This document shows positions 44,373 through 53,494 of a stretch of DNA of 64,000 nucleotides, piece by piece; position 1 is the first letter of the stretch, and each line of letters begins with the position of its first letter. Origin of the DNA: Alphaproteobacteria bacterium (GTDB lineage Bacteria > Pseudomonadota > Alphaproteobacteria > UBA828); the NCBI GenBank assembly GCA_965221125.1, contig CBDCRW010000004.1:320001-384000 (forward strand), written 5' to 3'. The notes under the pieces were generated by a model that was not told where the DNA came from, did not search any database, and saw nothing but the letters and a program-made list of their open reading frames with translations. A program made the position numbers and the translations under genes.

Positions 44373-45122
44373 TCATTCTTGCCGCTGTGTCGGTGCGCTT
44401 GCGCGCTCGCGGGCGGCGAGCAGGCCGCGGCAGAGCGCGCCGTTGAACTCCATGGCGATGCGGACGCTGCCGAGCGTGCGCAGGTGCTCGTCGAAGCCCG
44501 CCTCGCTGAGCGGCGCGCCCCCGGCCGCCACGAACGCCGGTGCATCCGGGCCGGCCGGGCCGCCGACGCGGGCTCTCATCTCCAGGTAGCGGCGCTTCAG
44601 CCCGGCGCCCTCGGCCCCGGCGACGGCGGTGCCTTCCAGCGCTTGCATGGTCATCGCAGCCAGCGCGGCCTTGTCGAGCCCTTGCGCCAGCAGCGCGCGC
44701 AGCAGCGCCTCCTGCCGCCCTTGGAACGCCTTGCGTTGAAAGGTCGTGCGCAGGTTCGTGAGCGACTCGTCCTCGCCCGCTTCGCCGAAGGCTGCGCCGA
44801 ACTCGAGGCCTTGCGCCACGCCCCGGTTGACCTGCTCGGCGCACATGTGCGCGTGCAGGCGGGGGACGACGCCGGTCACCCAGGGCAGCGCGGAGACCGC
44901 GTCCCGCATGTCCTCGGCCATCATGTAGGCGAAGTTCGCGGCGCACCAGTAGGTCGGCAGGCGGAAGTCGATGGCGACGGCGCCGTCCGCGCCGACCGAC
45001 ACGCCCTCGACGAAGCCGAGGTCGGTCACCGGCTCGTCGAGCTCGGGGTCGGTGACCGTTGCGAGCCGCGCCAGGACCTCCGCTTCGCGGCCTGCGTCGT
45101 TCACGCCTTCCGGCCCACTCAC
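44373..45122 (-). CDS. DUF59/PaaD-like metal-sulfur cluster assembly protein with C-terminal extension
   Basis: VTDPELDEPVTDLGFV, RLPTYWCAANFAYMM, FNGALCRGLL. Confidence 0.85.
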   Translation of the reverse strand: MSGPEGVNDAGREAEVLARLATVTDPELDEPVTDLGFVEGVSVGADGAVAIDFRLPTYWCAANFAYMMAEDMRDAVSALPWVTGVVPRLHAHMCAEQVNRGVAQGLEFGAAFGEAGEDESLTNLRTTFQRKAFQGRQEALLRALLAQGLDKAALAAMTMQALEGTAVAGAEGAGLKRRYLEMRARVGGPAGPDAPAFVAAGGAPLSEAGFDEHLRTLGSVRIAMEFNGALCRGLLAARERASAPTQRQE

Positions 45123-45132
45123 AGCGTGCGTC

Positions 45133-46131
45133 CTAGCTCCAGAGCTTGGCCTTGGCCGCGTCGATGTCGATGTCGTAGAGCCGTGCGGCGTTGAGCCCGA
45201 GGATCTTCTTCTTCACCTCCGGCGTCAGGTCCACGCCGCGCTCCTGCTTGATGTCGTCGGGCAGCTCGAAGCTCCAGAACTTCTCCACCAGCCACTTCGG
45301 CGTCCAGATGGCGTAGTCGCTGGCGAAGGTGAGCTTGTCCTCGCCTACCCAGAAGAGGAGCTCCGCGATCACCTCCGCGAAGTAGCGCGGGCGCGCGTGC
45401 ATGAACGGCATGACGACCGCGAGCCCGCCCCAGACGTTCGCCTCCTGCACGGCGATCCAGCAGAAGTCGTCGAGGCGCGGCAGCCCCACGTGCTCGACGA
45501 TGAAGTTGAGGTTGGGGAAGTCCGTCGCCGCGTAGTCCACGTCGTGGCAGTCGAAGGCGTCCTTGGCCAGCGGCGTGATGGTCGGCCCCTTGTGGACGTG
45601 CATGTTGGTGATGCCGAGCTTCTCGCAGAGCTCGAAGCAGCGGTACGCCTCGGTGTCGTTGAGCCGCCAGCCACGCGAGGCGCCGCGCCATTCCGCCGTG
45701 TAGAGCTTCACGCCCCTGATGCCGTAGGTCTCCTTCAGCGCATGGATGTTCTCCAGCGCCGCCGTGCCCTCGCGCGGATCGAACGAGCCGTTGAGGACGA
45801 AGCGGTCCGGGTGCGCCTGCGTGATGACGGCGTTCTGCTCGGTGGTGTTGAAGCCCTCGATGTAGAATTCCTTGAGGTAGGTCGGCTGGATGATCGCCAT
45901 GTCCACCGGCCCGTCGACGAAGAGGTCGTTGACCATCGTCTCCGCGTCGTACTTCTCGAACTTCTCCTTCGGCCAGACCTCCTGCTCGGGGCTGAGCGCG
46001 CTGTGGTAGGCGTAGAAGCAGTCGATGAACTGCTTGCCGTGGACGTTGCGCTGGTTGGCCGGCGCTGCATCCCAGAAGTGGGTGTGCCCATCGACGATGA
46101 ACAGCTCCTCCCCGTCGCTGGTCCTGTACAT
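45133..46131 (-). CDS. Amidohydrolase_2 family protein
   Basis: VDGHTHFWD, KLYTAEW, HVHKGP, VEHVGLPR, FASDYAIW. Confidence 0.9.
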   Translation of the reverse strand: MYRTSDGEELFIVDGHTHFWDAAPANQRNVHGKQFIDCFYAYHSALSPEQEVWPKEKFEKYDAETMVNDLFVDGPVDMAIIQPTYLKEFYIEGFNTTEQNAVITQAHPDRFVLNGSFDPREGTAALENIHALKETYGIRGVKLYTAEWRGASRGWRLNDTEAYRCFELCEKLGITNMHVHKGPTITPLAKDAFDCHDVDYAATDFPNLNFIVEHVGLPRLDDFCWIAVQEANVWGGLAVVMPFMHARPRYFAEVIAELLFWVGEDKLTFASDYAIWTPKWLVEKFWSFELPDDIKQERGVDLTPEVKKKILGLNAARLYDIDIDAAKAKLWS

Positions 46132-46298
46132 CACGTGCTCCCTTCGGCTGCGACCGAGGGCGAGGGTAGCCGGGCCAGCGCCAAACACAAGGCGGGATGC
46201 GAGCACGGTGCGCCATGGTGTGGTCAGGCGCGATATGGCGTGGCGGCAACGGCGCTGATAAGCTGACGGCAGCGCGGAACGAGAGGGGGGATCCGGGA

Positions 46299-47003
46299 AT
46301 GGCCGAGCGCATGGTGGACCTGACGTTGACGCTCACCGACAACATGCCGGCGCACAAACTGTTTCAGCGCCCGGTCATCGTTCCCCACTACACCCACGAG
46401 CAGACCCGCGAGCAGTTCTTCCTTGGCGTCGAGGACGACCGGCTCTCCTTCGCCACCACCTACATGGGCATGATCGACCACATCGGCACCCACGTGGACG
46501 CCTTCTACCACGTCAATCCCGAGGGCGCGTCGGTGGACCGGATGCCGCTCGACATGTTCATGGGCAAGGCGGTCTGCTGGGATCTCACGTACATCCCCGA
46601 TCTCGGCGACATCGACGTGGGCGACTTCGAGGCGGCGGAGGAGAAGGGCGGCGTCAAGGTGGACGGCCACATCGTGCTGCTCAACACGGGGCTTCACAAC
46701 CGCCACTACCCGGACGTGAAATCGGTATGGAGCAACCCCGGCATCACTGAGGCGGCGACTCACTGGCTCGCCGACCGGGGCTCCAAGCTGCACGGCGTCG
46801 AAGGCCCGTCCACCGACAAGCCGTCCGACAACCTCTTCCCCAACCACCGGGTCTGCCGCGACCGCGGCATCGCCCATTACGAGTGGCTCATCAACCTCGA
46901 GGAACTGGCGGGCAAGGGCGAGTTCATGTTCTACGGGCCGCCGATCAAGATCGGCAACGGCAGCGGCGCGCCGGTCCGCGCCTGGGCGATCCTCGACGAA
47001 TAG
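46299..47003 (+). CDS. Cyclase family metallohydrolase (kynurenine formamidase-like)
   Basis: DHIGTHVDAFYH, EWLINL, GAPVRA. Confidence 0.9.
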   Translation: MAERMVDLTLTLTDNMPAHKLFQRPVIVPHYTHEQTREQFFLGVEDDRLSFATTYMGMIDHIGTHVDAFYHVNPEGASVDRMPLDMFMGKAVCWDLTYIPDLGDIDVGDFEAAEEKGGVKVDGHIVLLNTGLHNRHYPDVKSVWSNPGITEAATHWLADRGSKLHGVEGPSTDKPSDNLFPNHRVCRDRGIAHYEWLINLEELAGKGEFMFYGPPIKIGNGSGAPVRAWAILDE

Positions 47004-47035
47004 GCTGTCCGCGCTCGGCGACGGGTGAGGCGCCG

Positions 47036-48109
47036 GTGACCCGCATCGATGACCGCTCCATCGACGAGCGGATTCCCATCACGCTGCTGACGGGTTTCCT
47101 GGGTGCCGGCAAGACCACGCTGGTCAACCGGCTGCTCAGCGCGCCGGATGCCGGCAAGATCGCGGTCATCGTCAACGAGTTCGGCGAGATCGGGATCGAC
47201 GGCGACCTCATCGCCCGCGCCAGCGAGGACATGCTAGAGCTCACCAACGGCTGCATCTGCTGCGCCGCCCAGGGCGACCTGATGGAAGGGCTCAACCGGC
47301 TCTTCCTGCGCAAGGTGGCCCTCGCCGAGCCGCAGGTGGACTTCGACAAGATCGTGATCGAGACCACGGGGATCGCCGATCCCTCGCCGCTGGCCCGGCT
47401 CTTCTACACCGACATGAAGCTCGACCTCACCTTCCGCCTGGACGCGGTGCTGACGGTGGTCGACCTCAAGCACGTGACGGGCCAGATCGCGCGATCGCCG
47501 GAGGCGGAGAAGCAGATCGCCATCGCCGACAAGCTGATCTTCAACAAGCGTGACCTGGTGGACGACGAGCAGTTCGCCGCGGCCGTGGCGGCGGTCGAGC
47601 GCCTCAACCCCTTCTCGGTCAAGGAGGTCACCACGCACGGCGCGCTCCCTGTCGACCGCCTGCTGGACCTCGACCTGTTCGAGCCAAAGCGCCGGGACGA
47701 CATGCTGGGCGCCTGGATCGGCGCCGACCGGCCCGCTGCCGCCGGCCACGCCCACGACGACCATGAGCACACGCCGGGCGTCGGCGCCGTCTGCCTGCAG
47801 GGCCGCGAGGCGCTGGAGTGGAACGCGCTGCTTCGCTTCTTCCTGGAGCTCACGCAGGAGAAGGGCGAGGACCTCTTCCGCGTGAAGGGCATGGTGCATT
47901 TCCAGAATGTCGACAAGCCGGTCATCATCCAGGGCGTGCAGGCCACCTTCAGCCCGCCGACCTACGCCGAATCGTGGCCGCGCGGCGAGGCCGAGACGCG
48001 CATCGTGGTCATCGGCCGCGACCTCGACGCGGCGGACATGCAGGCGCGCTTCGCGGCCTGCGTCGCCCGGCGGCAGACGGTGCTCGACCGCGGCCTCGGC
48101 GCCATCTGA
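47036..48109 (+). CDS. CobW/COG0523 GTP-binding metallochaperone
   Basis: GFLGAGKTT, NEFGEIGIDG, GCICC, ETTG, NKRD, short His patch, RVKG. Confidence 0.92.
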   Translation: MTRIDDRSIDERIPITLLTGFLGAGKTTLVNRLLSAPDAGKIAVIVNEFGEIGIDGDLIARASEDMLELTNGCICCAAQGDLMEGLNRLFLRKVALAEPQVDFDKIVIETTGIADPSPLARLFYTDMKLDLTFRLDAVLTVVDLKHVTGQIARSPEAEKQIAIADKLIFNKRDLVDDEQFAAAVAAVERLNPFSVKEVTTHGALPVDRLLDLDLFEPKRRDDMLGAWIGADRPAAAGHAHDDHEHTPGVGAVCLQGREALEWNALLRFFLELTQEKGEDLFRVKGMVHFQNVDKPVIIQGVQATFSPPTYAESWPRGEAETRIVVIGRDLDAADMQARFAACVARRQTVLDRGLGAI

Positions 48110-48134
48110 ACGGGCACCTGAACGGGAGTGCGCG

Positions 48135-49529
48135 ATGAGCTTCGCCTACATGACGGCGCTCGAACTCAAGGGCCTGCTGAGGGCAGGAAGCGTCTCGCCG
48201 GTGGAGCTGGTGGAGGACACGCTCGCCCGGCAGGAGGCGCTGGAGCCCCAGATCAACGCCTTCGTCAACCGCACGCCCGAGCAGGCGCTCACTGCGGCGC
48301 GCGAGGCGGAGCACGCGATTGCGGCTGGCGAGGGCGGCGCGATCGCGGGCCTGCCCATCTCGGTCAAGGACCTCGTGGCGGTCGCCGGCGTGCCCTGGAC
48401 CTTCGGCTCCCGGCCCTTCGCCGATAACGTGCCCGACTTCGACGCGCCCTCGGTGGAGCGGGTGAGACAGGCCGGCGGCTGCATCGTCGGCAAGTCCACC
48501 ACCAGCGAGTTCGGCTGCAAGGCGGTCACCGACAGCCCGCTCACCGGCATCACCCGCAACCCGTGGAACCTGGCGAAGACTCCCGGCGGCTCCAGCGGCG
48601 GCGGCGCCGCGAGCGTGGCCGCCGGGCTCACCCCGTTCGCCGTCTGCACCGACGGCGGCGGCTCCATCCGCATCCCGTCGGCGCTCTGCGGCCTCTTCGG
48701 CATCAAGGCGCAATTCGGCCGGGTGCCGCTCTTCCCGGTTCCGGCGGCGCCGACGCTCTCCCATGTCGGCTCCGTCGCACGGACGGTGCGGGACGCAGCC
48801 CTCCTGCTCGGCGTCATGGCGGGCCACGACCGCCGCGACCCCTTCGGCGTCGCCGAGCCGGTGCCGGATTTTCTCGCCGCGTGCGACGATGGCGTCGAGG
48901 GCCTGCGCATCGCCTGGAGTCCCACCCTCGGCTACGCCACGCCCGATCCCGAGGTCGCCCGGCTCTGCGAGGCCGCCGCCAGGCGCTTCGAGGCGCTGGG
49001 CTGCACCGTGGAGCTGGTCGAAGACGCCCTCGGCGACGATCCGGTCGAGCTCTGGATGGCGGAATTTTATGGCGGCATCGGCACCAAGCTGAAGGACCTG
49101 ATGGCCGAGCGGGCGGACGAGCTGGATTCCGCCGTCGTGGCGACGCTGAGCGCCGGGCTCGGCGCCTCGGTGGTGGAGTTCTTCACCCAGGTCTTCGCCC
49201 GCTACGAGTTCCGCGAGCGGATGCGCCAGCTCTTCGAGCGCTACGACCTGCTGCTTTCGCCGACGCTGCCGTGCGCCGCCTTCGACGTGGGCTGCGACAC
49301 ACCGCCCGGTCACGAGGCCCGCAATATCGTCTCGTGGGTCTACTACACCTACCCGTTCAACCTGACCGGCCAGCCGGCGGCCTCGATTCCGGCGGGCTTC
49401 ACCGCAGCCGGGCTCCCGGTCGGCCTGCAGATGGTAGCGGGCATCAACCGCGAGGTGGACATTCTGCGCGCCGCAGCGGCGTTCGAGGAAGCGGCGCCCT
49501 GGGCGGACAGGCGGCCGCCGCTCGCCTGA
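48135..49529 (+). CDS. Amidase signature family protein
   Basis: VKD, PGGSSGG, TDGGGSIRIPS. Confidence 0.92.
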   Translation: MSFAYMTALELKGLLRAGSVSPVELVEDTLARQEALEPQINAFVNRTPEQALTAAREAEHAIAAGEGGAIAGLPISVKDLVAVAGVPWTFGSRPFADNVPDFDAPSVERVRQAGGCIVGKSTTSEFGCKAVTDSPLTGITRNPWNLAKTPGGSSGGGAASVAAGLTPFAVCTDGGGSIRIPSALCGLFGIKAQFGRVPLFPVPAAPTLSHVGSVARTVRDAALLLGVMAGHDRRDPFGVAEPVPDFLAACDDGVEGLRIAWSPTLGYATPDPEVARLCEAAARRFEALGCTVELVEDALGDDPVELWMAEFYGGIGTKLKDLMAERADELDSAVVATLSAGLGASVVEFFTQVFARYEFRERMRQLFERYDLLLSPTLPCAAFDVGCDTPPGHEARNIVSWVYYTYPFNLTGQPAASIPAGFTAAGLPVGLQMVAGINREVDILRAAAAFEEAAPWADRRPPLA

Positions 49530-49565
49530 CCCGACACCCCGCGGCGCATAACGAGGGAGGCGGCG

Positions 49566-50252
49566 ATGCCGCTGGACGACAAGGTTCGCGAGGCGCTGGA
49601 TACCATCTTCTCCGGCGATTCAGGGCTCTACCAGCAGCGTGGCTGGAACCAGCGCTCTGGCTACGGCACCCGGCCCGCGCTCCTCAACATCGACCTCGCC
49701 AACGCCTGGACCCGGCCCGGCCACCGCTTCTCCTGCGAGGACATGGACGAGCGCATCATCCCCGGCGTGCAACGCCTGCTTGCCGCAGCCCGCGCCAAAA
49801 AGGTGCCCATCGTCTACACCACCACCGCCTTCTGCAGCCGCTTCGACATGGGCGCCTATCCGCTGAAAAAACCCTTCGAGGATCTGATTCAGGGCACGGA
49901 GGCGACCGAGATCGACGACCGCGTGCCGCTGGAGGAAGGCGTGGACACGCTGATCGTGAAGAAGCGCCCGAGCGCCTTCGCCGGCACCCACCTCGGCGGC
50001 ATCCTGCGCGCCGGCGGCATCGACACGCTGATCTGCACCGGTGTCACCATGGCGAGCTGCGTGCGCCACACGGTGGAGGACGCGCTGGGCGAGGGCTTCC
50101 GCACCGTCATCGTGCGCGAATGCGTGGGCGACCGCGTGCCCGCCGCCATCGAGTGGAACCTGTTCGACCTCGACATGAAGTACTGCGACGTCGAGCCGCT
50201 GGAGAACGTGCTGGCCTACCTGAACGGCCTGGAGCCGTTCGAGGTTGGCTAA
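49566..50252 (+). CDS. Isochorismatase/cysteine hydrolase (N-carbamoylsarcosine or maleamate amidohydrolase-like)
   Basis: D-K-C triad: NIDLAN, KKRPSAF, ASCVRHT. Confidence 0.88.
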   Translation: MPLDDKVREALDTIFSGDSGLYQQRGWNQRSGYGTRPALLNIDLANAWTRPGHRFSCEDMDERIIPGVQRLLAAARAKKVPIVYTTTAFCSRFDMGAYPLKKPFEDLIQGTEATEIDDRVPLEEGVDTLIVKKRPSAFAGTHLGGILRAGGIDTLICTGVTMASCVRHTVEDALGEGFRTVIVRECVGDRVPAAIEWNLFDLDMKYCDVEPLENVLAYLNGLEPFEVG

Positions 50253-50932
50253 GTCTTAACGCCACCCGTCAGCGGGACGAAGGCCACGGGGAGCACCGTC
50301 GTCGTCTCGCACGAGCCGTCGCCGCGCTTGCGGATGCGCTCAAGGCTCTGGGTCGTGGCGGCACGCCCGACCGGGATCAGCAGGCAGGCGCCGGGCTTGA
50401 GCTGATCCACCAGCGCCGGCGGCACCGAGGGCGCGGCGGCGGTGACGATAATGCCGTCGTAGGGCGCGTGCTCGGGCCAGCCGTCGCGGCCGTCGCCTGC
50501 ACGCACCGTGGCCGCCGCGTAGCCGAGCGCCGCGAGCCGCGCCGCCGCCGCCGTCGCCAGCGGCTCGACGACCTCGACCGAATGGACCCTCGCACCCAGC
50601 GCGCAGAGCACGGCGGTCTGGTAGCCGCAGCCGGTGCCGATCTCCAGGATGCGGGCGCCAGGCTCGACGTCGAGCAGCTCCGTCATCAGGGCGACGATGT
50701 AGGGTTGCGAGATGGTCTGGCCGTGGCCGATGGGGAGCGGCCGGTTCTCGTAGGCGAACGCCGCCTCGCTCTCGGGTACGAAGGCTTCGCGCGGCACGCT
50801 CCGCATGGCCTCCATCACGGCGTCGGCGAAGACCGGCCGCCCCGTGAGCGCGCCGGTCTCCCGCGCGTCCCGTGCGATCGCGTCGAGCATGGTGTCTGCG
50901 GTCGCGCTCGCTCCCAGCAAGTGGCGCAGCAT
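50249..50932 (-). CDS. pcm: Protein-L-isoaspartate O-methyltransferase
   Basis: VPREAFV, GQTISQPYIVA, LEIGTGCGYQ, YDGIIVTAA. Confidence 0.93.
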   Translation of the reverse strand: MLRHLLGASATADTMLDAIARDARETGALTGRPVFADAVMEAMRSVPREAFVPESEAAFAYENRPLPIGHGQTISQPYIVALMTELLDVEPGARILEIGTGCGYQTAVLCALGARVHSVEVVEPLATAAAARLAALGYAAATVRAGDGRDGWPEHAPYDGIIVTAAAPSVPPALVDQLKPGACLLIPVGRAATTQSLERIRKRGDGSCETTTVLPVAFVPLTGGVKT

Positions 50933-50995
50933 CTTCCGCGCGTGCTCCCTCTCGGGTCCGGTCAGGATCGCACAGTCCCGCCCGGCTCGCCACGC

Positions 50996-51034
50996 GCCTG
51001 GAGTGTTTCCGTTTTGGACGGAAACACTCCAGGC
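50996..51034. repeat. REP-like palindrome, 17-bp perfect stem with 5-nt loop
   Basis: GCCTGGAGTGTTTCCGT-TTTGG-ACGGAAACACTCCAGGC. Confidence 0.85.
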
Positions 51035-51240
51035 ATTTTTCGCTCACGGCCGCCGGCCTCTGGCCGGCGCCTCCGCGAGGGCGCCGCATTCGCGGCGGGC
51101 CGCGGTCGCGGCCTGTCGCGCGTCCGTCAGGACGCGCTCCCGCAAGCACGCCTGCAATCGACCCCGCAGCGTGCTAAACCCCGCGCAGGCGTCTGGCGCC
51201 GCCCTCCCACCTTGGTGAGCGACGACGAGCGACGGTGAGC

Positions 51241-52575
51241 ATGAGCAAGCGGCAGATGGTGCTGGTGGGCTTCCTCCAGGCGCAGAACTGCTCCAACTAC
51301 CCGGCGTCCTGGCGTCACCCGGAGTCCGCCACGGACTTCCTCACCGCCGACTACTACCAGCGGATCGCGCGCATCCTCGAGGCCGGCAAGTTCCACCTCG
51401 CCTTCTTCGACGACCGCCTCGCGCTGCCGGACATCTACGGCGGCGACCACGCCGAGGCGGTGCGCAACGGCGTGCGCGTGGTCAAGATGGACCCGATTCC
51501 CATCCTCACCCTGATGGGGGCGGCGACCACGCGGCTCGGGCTGGGCGCGACCTGCTCGACCACCTACTACCAGCCCTTCCACGTGGCCCGCATGTTCTCG
51601 ACTCTCGATCACATGAGCGGCGGCCGGGCGGCCTGGAACGTGGTGACCTCGCTCAACGATTCCGAGGCCGCGAACTACGGCGCGGACAGGGTGATCGAGC
51701 ACAACGAGCGCTACGACCGGGCCGACGAGTTCATGGAGGTGGTGCTCGGCCACTGGGACGCGTGGGACGAGGGCGCGATCGCCCTCGACAAGGAACAGGG
51801 CGTCTTCGCCGACCCGGCGGGCGTCCGCCGCCTCGACCACGAGGGCCGCTTCCTGCGCTCGCGCGGGCCGTTTACCGTGCCGCGCACGCCGCAGGGCCGC
51901 CCCATCGTGATCCAGGCGGGTCAGAGCGGTCGGGGGCGGCAGTTCGCGGCCCGCTGGGCCGACGTGATCTTCGCCATCTATCCCACCCTGGAATTCGGCA
52001 AGAAGGCCTACGCGGCGACGCGCGATGCGGCGGAAGCCGCAGGTCGCGCGCCCGGTTCCTACCGCGTGGCGCCGGCGGCTTACGTGACGGTTGCGGAGAG
52101 CCAGACCGAGGCGGAGGAGAAGGCCGCCTTCATCGCGGGTCTCGCACGGCCCATCGACACGCTGGCGCTGCTCTCGGAAGCGCTCAACTACGACTTCGCG
52201 ACCAAGCCCGCGGGCGAGCCCTTCACCGACGAGGAGATGGCCTCCATCAGCGGCCTGCAGGCGATCCGCGACCGGGTGGTGACGCTGAGCGGCAATCCGC
52301 ATCCCACGGTCGAGGATTTCGTCACCTACAGCCGGCGCGGCACGGTGAACGAGATGCCGCATTTCGTCGGCACGCCTGCTGCCGTCGCCGACCAGATGGC
52401 GGCATGGTTCGAGGGCGAGGCCTGCGACGGCTTCGTGCTGGCCGCCACCCACATGCCGGGCGCCTACGAAGATTTCGCCCGCCTCGTGGTGCCCGAGCTG
52501 CAGCGCCGCGGCCTCTACCACGCGGACTACGCCGGCCCGACGCTGCGCGAGAACCTCGGCCTTGCGCCAGGCTAG
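51241..52575 (+). CDS. NtaA/DszA/SnaA-type LLM flavin monooxygenase
   Basis: TLDHMSGGRAAWNVVTS, RYDRADEF, PQGRPIVIQAGQS, TLRENLGL. Confidence 0.92.
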   Translation: MSKRQMVLVGFLQAQNCSNYPASWRHPESATDFLTADYYQRIARILEAGKFHLAFFDDRLALPDIYGGDHAEAVRNGVRVVKMDPIPILTLMGAATTRLGLGATCSTTYYQPFHVARMFSTLDHMSGGRAAWNVVTSLNDSEAANYGADRVIEHNERYDRADEFMEVVLGHWDAWDEGAIALDKEQGVFADPAGVRRLDHEGRFLRSRGPFTVPRTPQGRPIVIQAGQSGRGRQFAARWADVIFAIYPTLEFGKKAYAATRDAAEAAGRAPGSYRVAPAAYVTVAESQTEAEEKAAFIAGLARPIDTLALLSEALNYDFATKPAGEPFTDEEMASISGLQAIRDRVVTLSGNPHPTVEDFVTYSRRGTVNEMPHFVGTPAAVADQMAAWFEGEACDGFVLAATHMPGAYEDFARLVVPELQRRGLYHADYAGPTLRENLGLAPG

Positions 52576-52588
52576 AATGGAACGTGCG

Positions 52589-53458
52589 ATGCCCAGGCTG
52601 CTCAGCGAAGACGCCATCGACCACTATCGGCGGGACGGATTCTACGCGCCGGTCAGCGTGCTCGGCCTCGACGAGGCGGCGACCCTGCGTGCCGCGCTGG
52701 AGAGTTCGGCGGCGGCATACGGCGAGGGCGGCAAGGGCTCGGCACGATCCCACCTGCTTTTTTGCTGGCTGGCGGAGCTGATCCGCTCCCCCCGGCTGCT
52801 CGATGCGGTGGAAGACCTCATCGGCCCCGACATCATGTGCTGGGGCACCCAGTGGTGGATCAAGGAGCCGCGTTCCGCCCGTTTCGTCTCCTGGCACCAG
52901 GACAGCCAGTACTGGGGTCTCGACACCGGCAAGCTCGTCAGCGCGTGGGTGGCGCTCTCGCCGGCGACCGTGGAGAGCGGCTGCATGCGCTGCATCCCCG
53001 GCAGCCACCGCGGGCCCGACCTGGAGCACCGCGACACCTGGCAGGGCGAGAACATGCTGTCGCGCGGCCAGGAGATCGTGGAGGTCGACGAGGACCAAGC
53101 CGTCAACATCGAGGTCGGCACCGGCGAGGCGGCGCTCTTCAACTACCGCCTCGCGCACGCCTCCCATCCCAATCGCAGCGACGACAAGCGCATGGCGATC
53201 GCCATTCGCTACATCCCGCCCGACGCCCGCCAGACCCAGGCCTCCTGGGACAGCGCAACCCTGGTCAGGGGGAGCGACCCGTACGGCCGCTTCGAGCACG
53301 AGCCGATGCCGGCATGCGACTTCGATCCCGTGGCGGTCGCGTTCCACCGCCGCACGGAAGAGAATCTGCAGCGCATCGTCTACCGGGGCACGGGCCAGAC
53401 GGAGCGGCGTACCTGGCAGACCGGACGCGCCGATGGAGGCGGTGACGAGCGCCCCTGA
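52589..53458 (+). CDS. PhyH-family Fe(II)/2-oxoglutarate dioxygenase
   Basis: WHQD, GCMRCIPGSH, distal H(AS)...R. Confidence 0.9.
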   Translation: MPRLLSEDAIDHYRRDGFYAPVSVLGLDEAATLRAALESSAAAYGEGGKGSARSHLLFCWLAELIRSPRLLDAVEDLIGPDIMCWGTQWWIKEPRSARFVSWHQDSQYWGLDTGKLVSAWVALSPATVESGCMRCIPGSHRGPDLEHRDTWQGENMLSRGQEIVEVDEDQAVNIEVGTGEAALFNYRLAHASHPNRSDDKRMAIAIRYIPPDARQTQASWDSATLVRGSDPYGRFEHEPMPACDFDPVAVAFHRRTEENLQRIVYRGTGQTERRTWQTGRADGGGDERP

Positions 53459-53494
53459 CCGGGTCGGGGCCGGGAATCGCGCTATGATCGCCCG

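Noticed and set aside
48107-48127. CTGAACGGG duplicated at the CobW stop
   Set aside because: Short local duplication with no effect on frames
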